64,000 bases of DNA. It comes from Actinomycetota bacterium. GTDB lineage: Bacteria; Actinomycetota; Actinomycetes; S36-B12. Every line of letters begins with the position of its first letter. The first letter of the stretch is position 1. The notes beneath the pieces are model-generated. The model searched no databases, was not told the origin of the DNA, and saw only the letters and a list, made by a program, of their open reading frames with translations. Shown piece by piece: positions 9,230-18,561 of this stretch. Location: NCBI GenBank assembly GCA_017856385.1, contig JAFMFD010000009.1, positions 10 to 64,009 on the forward strand, read 5' to 3'. The position numbers and the translations under genes are program-made.

Positions 9230-10519
9230 ATGAGGCGCCGTCTCATGACACTCGCGGTTGCGGTGGGAGCCGCATCGCTCGTATTGACTGGCTGCGTGTC
9301 CTCGAGCGAGGACGCTGCAGAGGAGCCGGCCGCCGAGGCACCGGCGGAGAGCGCGGCCCCGGCCGAGGAGCCGGCTGCCGAGGCACCCGCAGAGGCGCCC
9401 GCCGAGGAGCCTGCGGAGGCGCCCGCGGGCGAGCCGCTGGTGCTCGGCATCGTCCAGGCCGGCAGCGGCTTCATGGGCCCGATCGACAGCCCGGCCCGCA
9501 ACGCCCTCCTGCTGGAGGTCGAGAAGGTCAACGCCGCGGGCGGCGTCAACGGCCAGCCCATCACGGTGGAGTTCGTCGACACCGAGACCAAGTTCGAGGC
9601 CTACGCCCCGGCAGCCGAGGAGGTCATCGGCAAGGGTGCCAACGTGCTCATCGTGACCTGCGACTACGACGTGTCGTCGCCCGCCTCGCTCGTCGCGGAG
9701 GGCAAGAACATCCTCAACGTCGCGCCCTGCATCGGCGATCCCATCTACGGACCCGCCGGCGGCCTGCCGAACGGATTCTCGATCGGCGCCGGCACCCCGG
9801 GTGAGACGACGGTCATGGCGGAGTTCGCGGCCGATCAGGGCTGGAAGACCGCGGTGCTCCTGCGTGACATGTCGATCAAGTACACGCAGAACCAGTGCAC
9901 GATCTTCGACAAGCGCTTCACCGAGCTGGGCGGCAAGGTCCTCGCGACCTACGACTACGTCCAGGGCGACTCGGTCAAGGAGACCGTGTCCAAGATCGCC
10001 GCGGGCGACAAGCCCGACGTCGTCGTCAACTGCGGGTACAACCCGGGTGGCGGCCTCGTGGCCAAGGAGATCCGTGACGGCGGTGTCGACGCGCCGATCA
10101 TCTCGGGCTTCGGCATGGACGGCGACTTCTGGGTGCCGGCCATCGAGGGGCTGAAGGACTACTACGTCGTGACCTACGCATCGAAGAACGGCGACGATCC
10201 CGATGCGGCCGTCAACGACTACGCGGCGGCCTACGAGGCGGCCTACGGCAACCCGCCGGACGTCGGCGGCTTCGTGACCGGCCCGGCCACGCTGCAGCTC
10301 ATCCTGGAGGCCTACAAGCAGGCCGGCAGCTGGGACGGCGACAAGATGACCGCCGCCTTCGAGGCCATGCAGGATGTGCCGACCCTCGCCGGCCCGTCGA
10401 GCTTCTCGCCGGATCTCCACATCAACGTCGAGCGGCCGATGGCTGTCCTCGTCGTGGAAGACGGCAAGCTCAAGTGGGTGGAGGATCGCACTCCGGAGAA
10501 GGTCACCTTCGCCGAATGA
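9230..10519 (+). CDS. ABC transporter substrate-binding lipoprotein, type-1 PBP (LivJ/branched-chain amino acid family)
   Basis: Lipobox LVLTGC, acidic A/E/P linker, then PLVLGIVQAGSGFMGPIDSPARNALLLEVEKVNAAGGVNGQPI typical of Peripla_BP_6. GGGAGG SD before ATG 9230. Confidence 0.85.
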   Translation: MRRRLMTLAVAVGAASLVLTGCVSSSEDAAEEPAAEAPAESAAPAEEPAAEAPAEAPAEEPAEAPAGEPLVLGIVQAGSGFMGPIDSPARNALLLEVEKVNAAGGVNGQPITVEFVDTETKFEAYAPAAEEVIGKGANVLIVTCDYDVSSPASLVAEGKNILNVAPCIGDPIYGPAGGLPNGFSIGAGTPGETTVMAEFAADQGWKTAVLLRDMSIKYTQNQCTIFDKRFTELGGKVLATYDYVQGDSVKETVSKIAAGDKPDVVVNCGYNPGGGLVAKEIRDGGVDAPIISGFGMDGDFWVPAIEGLKDYYVVTYASKNGDDPDAAVNDYAAAYEAAYGNPPDVGGFVTGPATLQLILEAYKQAGSWDGDKMTAAFEAMQDVPTLAGPSSFSPDLHINVERPMAVLVVEDGKLKWVEDRTPEKVTFAE

Positions 10520-11268
10520 TCGATTCGACGTCACCCCGGTCACGCGAGCTCCGCGTGACCGGGGTGACCCGTTCCTTCGCCGGGGTGCAGGCGCTCAGCG
10601 ATGTCTCGCTCAGCGTGCACCCCGGCGAGGTGTTCGGCCTGATCGGCCCCAACGGTGCCGGCAAGTCGACCCTCGTCAACATCATCAGCGGGTACGACCT
10701 GCCTGACTCCGGCTCGGTCACGGTCGACGGCGTGGACATCACTCGCGCCCGCCCGTACACCCGCGCGCGCAACGGCGTGGCCCGCACCTTCCAGCACGGG
10801 CACCTCTTCGGCGGCCTCACCGTCCGCGAGAACCTGCAGGTCACGGCGATGGGCACGGGCAAGTCGCGTCGCAAGGCTGCGACCGTCGCCGACGACCTGC
10901 TCTCCGAGTTCCATCTCCAGGATCGCGCGGATGCCCCTGCGGGCTCCCTGCCCCACGGCGTCGAGCGACGCGTCGGCGTGGCGCGCGCCCTGGCCACCGA
11001 TCCCCAGTACGTGCTCCTCGACGAGCCGGCCGCGGGCCTGAACGAGGGCGAGATCGGCGAGTTCAGCGACAACATCCGCCATCTGCGCGACCGTGGACTC
11101 GGCGTCCTGCTCATCGACCACAACGTCCGCCTGATCCTCAGCGTGTGCGAGCGGATCCACGTCCTCGTGGAGGGCCGCACGCTGCTCGAGGGGACCCCCG
11201 ACGAGGTGCGCAACAGTGAGGAGCTCGCCGTGGCCTACCTGGGACGGAGTGCCAGTGGCCACCGATGA
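10516..11268 (+). CDS. ABC transporter ATP-binding protein (LivG-like)
   Basis: Walker A GPNGAGKST, LSGGQ-type signature region, Walker B LLDEPAAGL. ATGA overlap with the SBP stop. Confidence 0.9.
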   Translation: MIDSTSPRSRELRVTGVTRSFAGVQALSDVSLSVHPGEVFGLIGPNGAGKSTLVNIISGYDLPDSGSVTVDGVDITRARPYTRARNGVARTFQHGHLFGGLTVRENLQVTAMGTGKSRRKAATVADDLLSEFHLQDRADAPAGSLPHGVERRVGVARALATDPQYVLLDEPAAGLNEGEIGEFSDNIRHLRDRGLGVLLIDHNVRLILSVCERIHVLVEGRTLLEGTPDEVRNSEELAVAYLGRSASGHR

Positions 11269-11971
11269 GATCGGCCTGGTCGTCCGCGACCTCACCGTCG
11301 CCTACTCCGGCGTGCCCGCGGTCCGCGGCATCGACCTCGACGTGCCTGCCGGTCACGCCATCGGCCTCATCGGCCCCAACGGCGCCGGCAAGTCCTCGGC
11401 GCTGCTCGCGATCATGGGCGCCGTCCCGCACGGTGGCTCGGTGCAGGTCAACGGCGAGGCCGTCGACGGCCTGGCGCCTGAGCGGGTGGTCCGTCGCGGT
11501 GTGAGCCTCGTGCCCGAGGGCCGCCACGTGTTCGCGGGCCTCAGCGTCAAGGACAACCTGCGCCTCGGCGCCGTCGGCCGCAGGTCCAGCGACGGCGTCG
11601 CCGAGACCCTCGACTACGTCGTGACGCTGTTCCCTATCCTCGCGGAGTTCCGTGACCGTCAGGCCGGGCTGCTGTCTGGCGGCCAGCAGCAGCAGCTGGC
11701 CATCGGTCGTGCCCTCATGGCCGATCCCGACATCCTCATGCTCGACGAGCCGAGCCTGGGCCTGTCGCCCACGGCGGTCGACTCCGTCTTCGATGCCCTC
11801 GCCACGATCCGCGAGGCGGGCAAGGCCGTGCTGGTCGTCGAGCAGCGCGCTGAATTCACCGTGGCCTTCTGCGAGCGCACCCACGTGCTGCACGACGGCG
11901 TGATCACGATGACCCTCAAGCCCGAGGACGCCACCAACGTGCAGGTCCTGACCGAGGCGTACTTCGGATGA
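11255..11971 (+). CDS. ABC transporter ATP-binding protein (LivF-like)
   Basis: GPNGAGKSS, LSGGQQQQLAIGRAL, MLDEPSLGL. Start uncertain (GTG 11255 or nearby), overlapping the end of the previous gene. Confidence 0.85.
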   Translation: MATDEIGLVVRDLTVAYSGVPAVRGIDLDVPAGHAIGLIGPNGAGKSSALLAIMGAVPHGGSVQVNGEAVDGLAPERVVRRGVSLVPEGRHVFAGLSVKDNLRLGAVGRRSSDGVAETLDYVVTLFPILAEFRDRQAGLLSGGQQQQLAIGRALMADPDILMLDEPSLGLSPTAVDSVFDALATIREAGKAVLVVEQRAEFTVAFCERTHVLHDGVITMTLKPEDATNVQVLTEAYFG

Positions 11972-12849
11972 ACCAGTTGATCCAGTCCCTGGTGGACGCC
12001 ATCTCCGCAGGTGCGACGCTCGGACTCGCCGCCCTGGCCATCGGCCTGGTGTTCGGCGTCATCCGGCTCGCGAACTTCGCCCAGGGCGAGATCATCACGG
12101 CCTCGGCCTACTCCATCATCTTCACCTGGCAGCTGGGCTGGTACGTCGCGATCCCCATCGCGATCCTGATCGGCGTCATCCTGTCGCTGCTCATGGAGGT
12201 CGGCGTCTTCTCGCGCATGCGCATGGCGACGCCCGCGACCCTGCTCGTCGCCAGCTTCGGCCTGAGCTTCCTGCTGCAGCGGGTCTACGAGCTGTTCTTC
12301 GGCAACAACGTGCGCACTGCGCCCGTGGCCCCGGAGCTCGCGCAGTCGCTGGAGATCGGCGGCATCCGTGTGCAGCTGCTCTCGGTGGCGACCATCATCA
12401 TCGCGGCTGTGATCCTCGTCGCCCTCGTGCAGTTCCTCAACAGGTCGATCTGGGGCCTGCAGCTCCAGGCCGCCGCGGCGGACTTCCGGATCGCGCGTCT
12501 GGTGGGCATCCCCGCCAGCCGGGTCATCGGGCTGAGCTTCGCGCTGAGCGGCATCCTCGCCGCCGCCGTCGCATTCGTGAGCACGGTCAAGACGGGAGCC
12601 GTCGGCCCGCCCTTCGGCGTCCCGATCGTGATCCTGGCGCTCATCGGCGCGGTGATCGGCGGCATCGACAAGATCTACGGCGCCCTCGCCGGCGGCTTCC
12701 TCGTCGGCTTCGCGACGTCGATGCTCGCGAGCTGGCTGCCGTCCGACATGAGCAACTTCCGCGACGCCTACGTGTTCCTGCTCGTCATCATCGTCCTGAT
12801 CTTCCGACCGTCTGGACTGCTCGTTCGCGGGGGGACGGTGCGCACATGA
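11968..12849 (+). CDS. branched-chain amino acid-type ABC permease (LivH-like)
   Basis: 293-aa polytopic protein. ATGA overlaps at both ends. NFAQGEIITASAY motif typical of LivH. Confidence 0.85.
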   Translation: MNQLIQSLVDAISAGATLGLAALAIGLVFGVIRLANFAQGEIITASAYSIIFTWQLGWYVAIPIAILIGVILSLLMEVGVFSRMRMATPATLLVASFGLSFLLQRVYELFFGNNVRTAPVAPELAQSLEIGGIRVQLLSVATIIIAAVILVALVQFLNRSIWGLQLQAAAADFRIARLVGIPASRVIGLSFALSGILAAAVAFVSTVKTGAVGPPFGVPIVILALIGAVIGGIDKIYGALAGGFLVGFATSMLASWLPSDMSNFRDAYVFLLVIIVLIFRPSGLLVRGGTVRT

Positions 12850-13907
12850 AGGAGCGCAGCCTGCTGTGGCGCCTGGGCCCGCTGTGGTCGCTGGTCGTCC
12901 TGCTCGTCATCGTCTACGCCGTCACCGTCGTCACGAGCTACCTCGGCGACAGCGTCCAGGTCCAGTTCCAGTACGCCCTTGTCAATCTCGTCATCGTGGT
13001 CGCCCTCTACATGTTCATCGGCACCTCCGGGGTGCTCAGCTTCGGCCATGTCGCCTTCGTGGCGCTGGGCGCCTGGACGGTCGGCCTGCTCACCATCGAG
13101 CCGGAGCTCAAGCGCAACCTCCTGTCGGACATGTTCCCCGTCCTGTTCGACATCCAGGCGCCGTGGTTCCTGGCGATCTTCATCGGCGGCCTCGTGGGCG
13201 GCCTGCTCGCCCTGATCGTCGCGCCGGTTCTCATGCGCCTGAACGGCCTCCAGGCCGGCATCGCGACGTTCGCGCTGCTCCTCGTCGTCGGGCAGGTGCT
13301 GACCTACTGGTCGAGTATCGGGCCGCGCAGCGGCCAGTCGATGGTCGGCATCCCGGACGTGCTGGACCTGCAGACCACCATGTTCTTCGCCCTCGGCGCG
13401 ATCGTCGTGGCCTGGCTGTTCCAGCGATCCCGCCCCGCACGCCTGCTGCGCGCGGCGCGCGAGGACGGCATCGCGGCGGCCGCCTCCGGCATCAACGTGG
13501 TGACCCAGCGCGTCATCGCCCTGGCCCTGTCCGGGCTCATCGCCGGGATCGCCGGAGGGCTCTTCGCCCTGACCAACCGGGTCGTGCAGGCGAGCCTGCT
13601 CGGCATCGAGCTGACCTTCATCACGCTGGCGATGCTCGTGCTGGGCGGCATGCTCTCGCTGAGCGGCGCCGTCATCGGTGCCCTGGTGTTCAGCCTGATC
13701 GACCTCGTCCTGGTGCGGCTGCAGAACGGCGTCGAGCTGGGCTCCTACGTGGTGTCGATCCCGCAGGGCACCCGGCCGATCATCCTCGGCGCGATCCTGG
13801 TCCTCATGCTGATCTTCAGACCGAGCGGCCTGACCGGCGGTCGGGAGATCGTGTGGCCGTTCCGCCGTACACCGCCGCTCCCCGGCGTGCCCCCGACGAA
13901 CGAGTAG
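12846..13907 (+). CDS. branched-chain amino acid-type ABC permease (LivM-like)
   Basis: 353-aa polytopic protein (GVLSFGHVAFVALGAWTVG...) coupled by ATGA to the LivH-like gene. Confidence 0.85.
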   Translation: MKERSLLWRLGPLWSLVVLLVIVYAVTVVTSYLGDSVQVQFQYALVNLVIVVALYMFIGTSGVLSFGHVAFVALGAWTVGLLTIEPELKRNLLSDMFPVLFDIQAPWFLAIFIGGLVGGLLALIVAPVLMRLNGLQAGIATFALLLVVGQVLTYWSSIGPRSGQSMVGIPDVLDLQTTMFFALGAIVVAWLFQRSRPARLLRAAREDGIAAAASGINVVTQRVIALALSGLIAGIAGGLFALTNRVVQASLLGIELTFITLAMLVLGGMLSLSGAVIGALVFSLIDLVLVRLQNGVELGSYVVSIPQGTRPIILGAILVLMLIFRPSGLTGGREIVWPFRRTPPLPGVPPTNE

Positions 13908-13963
13908 TCAGCCCGGCGAGGCGCTCGGCGCCCTGGCGCAGGCTTGAGCCTAGGCTGACGGCT

Positions 13964-14734
13964 ATGTGGTCCAAGCGCAGTGCAACCGTCGTGGTCACCG
14001 TCCTGTGCTCAGTGCTGTGGTGGGCGGGTGTGGCGCATGCTGCTGCGCAGGTCGACCAGCAGAACGACCTGACGTCCAATGTGACATCGTCATCGGCGGC
14101 CGGGAACTACGGCGGTCAGTCCTTCACCGCCGGGCTCACCGGCCGGCTCACGCAGATCGATGTGCAGGTGAGCCGAAGTGGCAGCTCCGGCCCGCTTACC
14201 GTAGGTGTCTACGCCACGTCGGGGGGCCTGCCCACGGGATCGGCACTCGCATCCCAGACCATTCCTGAGGCGGACCTGCCGACGTTGGCCGGGTGGTTGA
14301 GCGTGGTGTTCACATCGCCGGCGAGCGTCGTCTCCGGCACGCAGTACGCGTTCGCGCTGCAGGCACCGTCCACGAGCGGGAGTGGGTCCGTCCAGATCAG
14401 CGCCGTGACCCCGGAGACGTATGCGGGCGGCATCCTGCTGGACAACGGACCATCAGCCTGGCGTGCCAACAACGTTTCGGCTGACATGATCTTCCGCACG
14501 TACGTCGACGTTGCCTCCTCCGGTGATGTCCCACCGCCGGCGCTTCAGCAGTTCGGCCAACCGAGCAGCGGGACGTGCGACGCCGCGGCCTCACCCGAGC
14601 TGAACTGGGGGGGTGCGACGTCCGGGGGATGGGGTGTGTCGTGGGCGCAGTGGATGAACGGCGGGACTGGCGGACCCGTGTGCACGCGGATGCTGTCCTA
14701 CGCGCCATCGCTCGGCCGTTGGGCCGCCTCCTGA
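13964..14734 (+). CDS. hypothetical secreted protein
   Basis: ATG 13964 gives MWSKRSATVVVTVLCSVLWWAGVAHAAAQ (signal peptide). Gly/Ser/Thr-rich beta-type body and a Cys pair near the C-terminus. The upstream 366 codons of ORF 12866..14734 overlap the permease out of frame and are rejected. Confidence 0.65.
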   Translation: MWSKRSATVVVTVLCSVLWWAGVAHAAAQVDQQNDLTSNVTSSSAAGNYGGQSFTAGLTGRLTQIDVQVSRSGSSGPLTVGVYATSGGLPTGSALASQTIPEADLPTLAGWLSVVFTSPASVVSGTQYAFALQAPSTSGSGSVQISAVTPETYAGGILLDNGPSAWRANNVSADMIFRTYVDVASSGDVPPPALQQFGQPSSGTCDAAASPELNWGGATSGGWGVSWAQWMNGGTGGPVCTRMLSYAPSLGRWAAS

Positions 14735-14740
14735 GTCAGG

Positions 14741-16324
14741 TCAGGAGCTGCGCAGGGTGCCGCTGTCGAGAGCGTCACGCAGTGCCTTGCCCGTCTCGTC
14801 CGACAGGGCGAGGGTGCGCAGGTTCTTCAGGCGATGGGCGGCATGCGGGTCGTCGGCCAGCCGCGGCACCGCGTCCATAAGGGCCATGAAGTTCCGCATC
14901 CCGTTCGCGTGGGTCTCGCCGTACCCCTTGACCACCTGCTGGCACTCGACGATCTCGCAGGCGAGGTCGACGTTGCGCGGGGCGTACTCGCGCACCAGGC
15001 CGAGCCAGGCGTCGATCCGGGCCTGCTCCTGGCCGAAGCGCAGGGAGCGCCGACGGATCGGCTGCATCCGGGCGAGGAAGTACAGCACGGTGTAGCCCCA
15101 GAACGACGTCGTCTGGATCTTGATGCCCTTGTGCGTGACCCGGTGGATGAGGCGGTTCATCACCTTGGAGTTGAGCAGCCACCGGCCCAGGGCCGTCGGC
15201 ATGGTGTCGGAGATCTCCTCGACCTGCGGGTGGAGGTACTCGCGGATCTGCACCATCTGGGCGTCGTCGGCCCGCGCCTCCTCGGTGCGAATCCGGTCGA
15301 AGCGGCGGGCGCGGACCTTGTGGAAGGCGACCCGGATGGTGTCCTCGTACGTCATCCACAGTGCGGTGTAGCGGGCGGCCTCGGTGGTGAGCCGGTGGTC
15401 GGCCGAGGTGTCGAGGGACGCGACGGAGCCGACGCGATCGAGGTACTCGTCGGCGTACGCCACGTCCTGGTACTCGGCGGTGCGCTTGATGCCCTCGACG
15501 AGCACGAGCCGCGACTCGACCGTCATCTGGGCGATGCGCGCGGCCTGCGACTTCAGGCGGGAGCCGACGAGCGATGCCGGGTCCTGTTGCGCCTGGCGCA
15601 GCACCTGGGGATCGGGGGCATTCGGATCGGGTGGGCGCACCCCGATCTGAATGTCGACCGCGGGCGGGGCGGCGGCGACCCGGAAGCCCTCGCCGAAGGC
15701 CCGCAGGCTGGGCTCGACGCCCTTGCCGCCGGCCCGGATGGCGTCCTCGAACTGCTCGCGGGTGAAGGGCAGCACAGCGGCGCCGGCGATGGCGCCGAAG
15801 AGCACCGCGCTGATCACGCTGCCGGTCTGGTCGGCGATGCGGCCGAAGTCGCCGCGGATGAAGCGCCTGCTCGAGCCCTCGGCGGCGGCGATCAGCTCCG
15901 CGGAGTCGATGCGGCCCTCGCCCATCGCGGTGCGCTCGGGCATCGCATAGGTGCGGCTGGTCGAGCCGATGAGGGTGGTGCGGTCGGGGGTGGCGAAGCC
16001 GCGGAGCACCGAGCGGCCGGCCTCCATCAGCTCGGAGGCCACGACGATGTCGACCTCGCCGGGCGTCGGCATGGTGCCGAGGACGGGGTACCGGCCGTTA
16101 CTGCCGGCCCTGGGCAGCAGTTCGACGTAGTAGACCGTGGCGCCAGTGCGCTGGGCGACGCCGGGCACCGAAGTGCTCTGCGCGAACCAGTCGTTGTCCT
16201 CCGCGAGCGCGACGATCCAGTCGGCGAGCACGCCGCCGCCCTCACCGCCCATCGCGAGGATCGCCATCGTGATGGGCCGCGTCAGGGCAGGGGTGGCGGG
16301 CCGCTCCGGCGCCTCGGCGGTCAT
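14741..16324 (-). CDS. iorB: indolepyruvate ferredoxin oxidoreductase subunit beta family protein (long bacterial form)
   Basis: MTAEAPERP...ITMAILAMGGEGGGVLADWIVALAEDNDWFAQSTSVPGVAQRTGATVYYVELLP (pyruvate/ketoisovalerate oxidoreductase gamma-type domain). ATGA overlap with iorA. Confidence 0.8.
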   Translation of the reverse strand: MTAEAPERPATPALTRPITMAILAMGGEGGGVLADWIVALAEDNDWFAQSTSVPGVAQRTGATVYYVELLPRAGSNGRYPVLGTMPTPGEVDIVVASELMEAGRSVLRGFATPDRTTLIGSTSRTYAMPERTAMGEGRIDSAELIAAAEGSSRRFIRGDFGRIADQTGSVISAVLFGAIAGAAVLPFTREQFEDAIRAGGKGVEPSLRAFGEGFRVAAAPPAVDIQIGVRPPDPNAPDPQVLRQAQQDPASLVGSRLKSQAARIAQMTVESRLVLVEGIKRTAEYQDVAYADEYLDRVGSVASLDTSADHRLTTEAARYTALWMTYEDTIRVAFHKVRARRFDRIRTEEARADDAQMVQIREYLHPQVEEISDTMPTALGRWLLNSKVMNRLIHRVTHKGIKIQTTSFWGYTVLYFLARMQPIRRRSLRFGQEQARIDAWLGLVREYAPRNVDLACEIVECQQVVKGYGETHANGMRNFMALMDAVPRLADDPHAAHRLKNLRTLALSDETGKALRDALDSGTLRSS

Positions 16325-18486
16325 GCGGAGATCCCCTCGAGCCGACGCTCGATGCCGCGCTGGAGGAAGCCGATCCACCGGGTGCGGAACCACTGCTTGG
16401 TGCGGTCCCAGCGGGTGGGATTGCTGATGATCTCGGTTCGGTAGAAGGACGGGCACAGTGCAGCGGCGTGCGCGTTCTCACCGCAGAGGCCGCAGCCGAC
16501 GCAGCTGCTGGTGACGGTGGCGATCGGGTCCTTGCGCAGCGGATCGGGGTTGTCGGTGATCGTCAGCGACGGGCAGCCGGAGATGCGGATGCAGGAGTGA
16601 TCGCCGGTGCAGGTGTCGGGGTCGACGCCGAAACGCTCGCGCACGACGCGCTTGCCGTCCTTGATCGCCTTGGCCATCGCCGGCTTCTCGCGGCGCATCC
16701 GGTTGAGGGTGCACTCGCTCTGGGCGACGATGACCTTCGGGCCCTTCTCCGGGGTCGTGAGCGCCTCCTTGAACAGGTCGCGCATCTCGTCGACCTTGAA
16801 GGTGTTCGTCATCGTGCGGGCCCACTTGACGCCCACGCCGCGCACGGCCTTCTCGATCGGGTGCTTCAGGGAGCGGTTACGCGACTCGCCCTTGGAGGAG
16901 AGCACATCCTGGCCGCCGGTGGCCGCGCTGTAGTTGTTGTCGACGATCACGAGGAGCTGATCGTTCTCGTTGAACACGGCATTGCCGACGCCGCTGGTCA
17001 GGCCGTTGTGCCAGAAGCCGCCGTCGCCCATGACGGCGATCGGACGGCTCATCGCACCGCTGCCGTTGAGTGCCGAGGCGGCGGCCGAGCCCAGCCCGTA
17101 GCCCATCGTGGTGGCGCCGATGTTGAACGGCGGATTGATGGAGAACAGGTGGCAGCCGATGTCGGCGCTCACGTAGTGCTCCCCGACCTCGCGCTGGGCG
17201 AGCGTCAGCGCGGCGAAGATCGGCCGTTCGGGGCACCCGGTGCAGAAGCCCGGGGGGCGCCCCTGCACGAGCTCGGGCTTGATGCGGGGCGCGAAGGGGC
17301 TGCGCGGGTCGTCATGGGGGAGTGTCACGACCGGGGCCTGCCGATCCGCGATCAGGTGCGGGGCGTACTTCGCGATGAAGGCGTGCACGCCCTTCGTCAC
17401 GGCGGCCGGGGTGTACTCGCCGGCGACCGGGAGCAGGTCCTTGCCGTGCAGTTTCGCGGTCGCATCGTTGCGACGCAGGATCGCCTGGATGTTCTGCTCG
17501 ATGTAGTCGGGCTGCCCCTCCTCGACGAGCAGCACCGCACGCTTGCCCTCGCAGAAGCGGACGACCTCGTCGTCGACGACGGGATATGTGACGTTCATGA
17601 TGTAGAGCGGCACCTGGCTGTCGCCGAAGGCATCGGAAAGGCCGAGGAGCTCGAGGGCGCGATTGACGTTGTTGAACAGGCCGCCCTGAAGGATGATGCC
17701 GAAATCGGCGTCCTTCTCCTTGACGAACTCATTGAGCTGGTTGTCCTTGATGTACTTCACGGCAGCGGGCCAGCGCTTGTTCAGCTTCTCCTGCTCGTGG
17801 GCGAAGTTCATCGGCGGCAGCACGATGCGGCTGAGGTCGCGCTCGGGGTTCTCGACCGCCTCGCGCACCGTCATGGACGGGCGCCGGTTGTCCTTGGCGA
17901 TGAAGGATCCGTGCAGGTGGCAGGAGCGCAGGCGCAGCTCGAGGATCACCGGGGTGTTGCTCGCCTCGGAGAGCTCGAACCCCTTCTCGACCATGTCGAC
18001 GATCGCCGTCAGGTTGGGGCGCGGGTCGAGCAGCCACATCTGCGACTTCATCGCGAAGGCGTGCGTGCGCTCCTGCATGATGCTGGAGCCCTCGCCGTAG
18101 TCCTCACCGATGATGACGAGGGCGCCGCCCCGTACCCCGCCTGAGGCGAGGTTTGCGAGAGCATCAGACGCGACGTTGAACCCCACGGTGGACTTGAAGG
18201 TGACCGCGCCGCGCAGGGGGTAGTGGACGGAGGCGCCCAGCATGGCGCCGGCGGTGGCCTCGGACGCGCTGTTCTCGAAGTAGATGCCGAGCTCGGAGAG
18301 GATGTCCTGGGCATCGCCGAGGACATCCATCAGGTGGGAGATCGGAGCGCCCTGGTAGCCGCCCACGTACGCGACGCCGGACTGCAGGAGTGCCTTGGTG
18401 ACGGCGAGGATGCCCTCGCCCCGGAACTCCTCGCCCGCGCCCAGCCTGAGCTCCTGGACCTCGGCGGCGAATGAGCGCTCAGCCAT
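16321..18486 (-). CDS. iorA: indolepyruvate ferredoxin oxidoreductase subunit alpha (ThDP, 4Fe-4S)
   Basis: GILAVTKALLQSGVAYVGGYQGAPISHL..., ThDP motif GDGGFWHNG...VDNNYSAATGGQ, C-terminal ferredoxin-like Cys clusters CTGDHSCIRISGCP and CVGCGLCGE...LCP. Confidence 0.85.
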   Translation of the reverse strand: MAERSFAAEVQELRLGAGEEFRGEGILAVTKALLQSGVAYVGGYQGAPISHLMDVLGDAQDILSELGIYFENSASEATAGAMLGASVHYPLRGAVTFKSTVGFNVASDALANLASGGVRGGALVIIGEDYGEGSSIMQERTHAFAMKSQMWLLDPRPNLTAIVDMVEKGFELSEASNTPVILELRLRSCHLHGSFIAKDNRRPSMTVREAVENPERDLSRIVLPPMNFAHEQEKLNKRWPAAVKYIKDNQLNEFVKEKDADFGIILQGGLFNNVNRALELLGLSDAFGDSQVPLYIMNVTYPVVDDEVVRFCEGKRAVLLVEEGQPDYIEQNIQAILRRNDATAKLHGKDLLPVAGEYTPAAVTKGVHAFIAKYAPHLIADRQAPVVTLPHDDPRSPFAPRIKPELVQGRPPGFCTGCPERPIFAALTLAQREVGEHYVSADIGCHLFSINPPFNIGATTMGYGLGSAAASALNGSGAMSRPIAVMGDGGFWHNGLTSGVGNAVFNENDQLLVIVDNNYSAATGGQDVLSSKGESRNRSLKHPIEKAVRGVGVKWARTMTNTFKVDEMRDLFKEALTTPEKGPKVIVAQSECTLNRMRREKPAMAKAIKDGKRVVRERFGVDPDTCTGDHSCIRISGCPSLTITDNPDPLRKDPIATVTSSCVGCGLCGENAHAAALCPSFYRTEIISNPTRWDRTKQWFRTRWIGFLQRGIERRLEGISA

Positions 18487-18561
18487 GCCTGCCTCCCGTC
18501 ACCGACTCATGATGGAGGAGTGCCCGCCGCGGTGCAATGTGACCTGCGCTACCCCCGGGGG

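Noticed and set aside
12866-13963. First 366 codons of the 622-aa ORF 12866..14734
   Set aside because: It lies out of frame inside the LivM-like permease gene and is Arg/Pro-rich. The real gene starts at ATG 13964 with a signal peptide.
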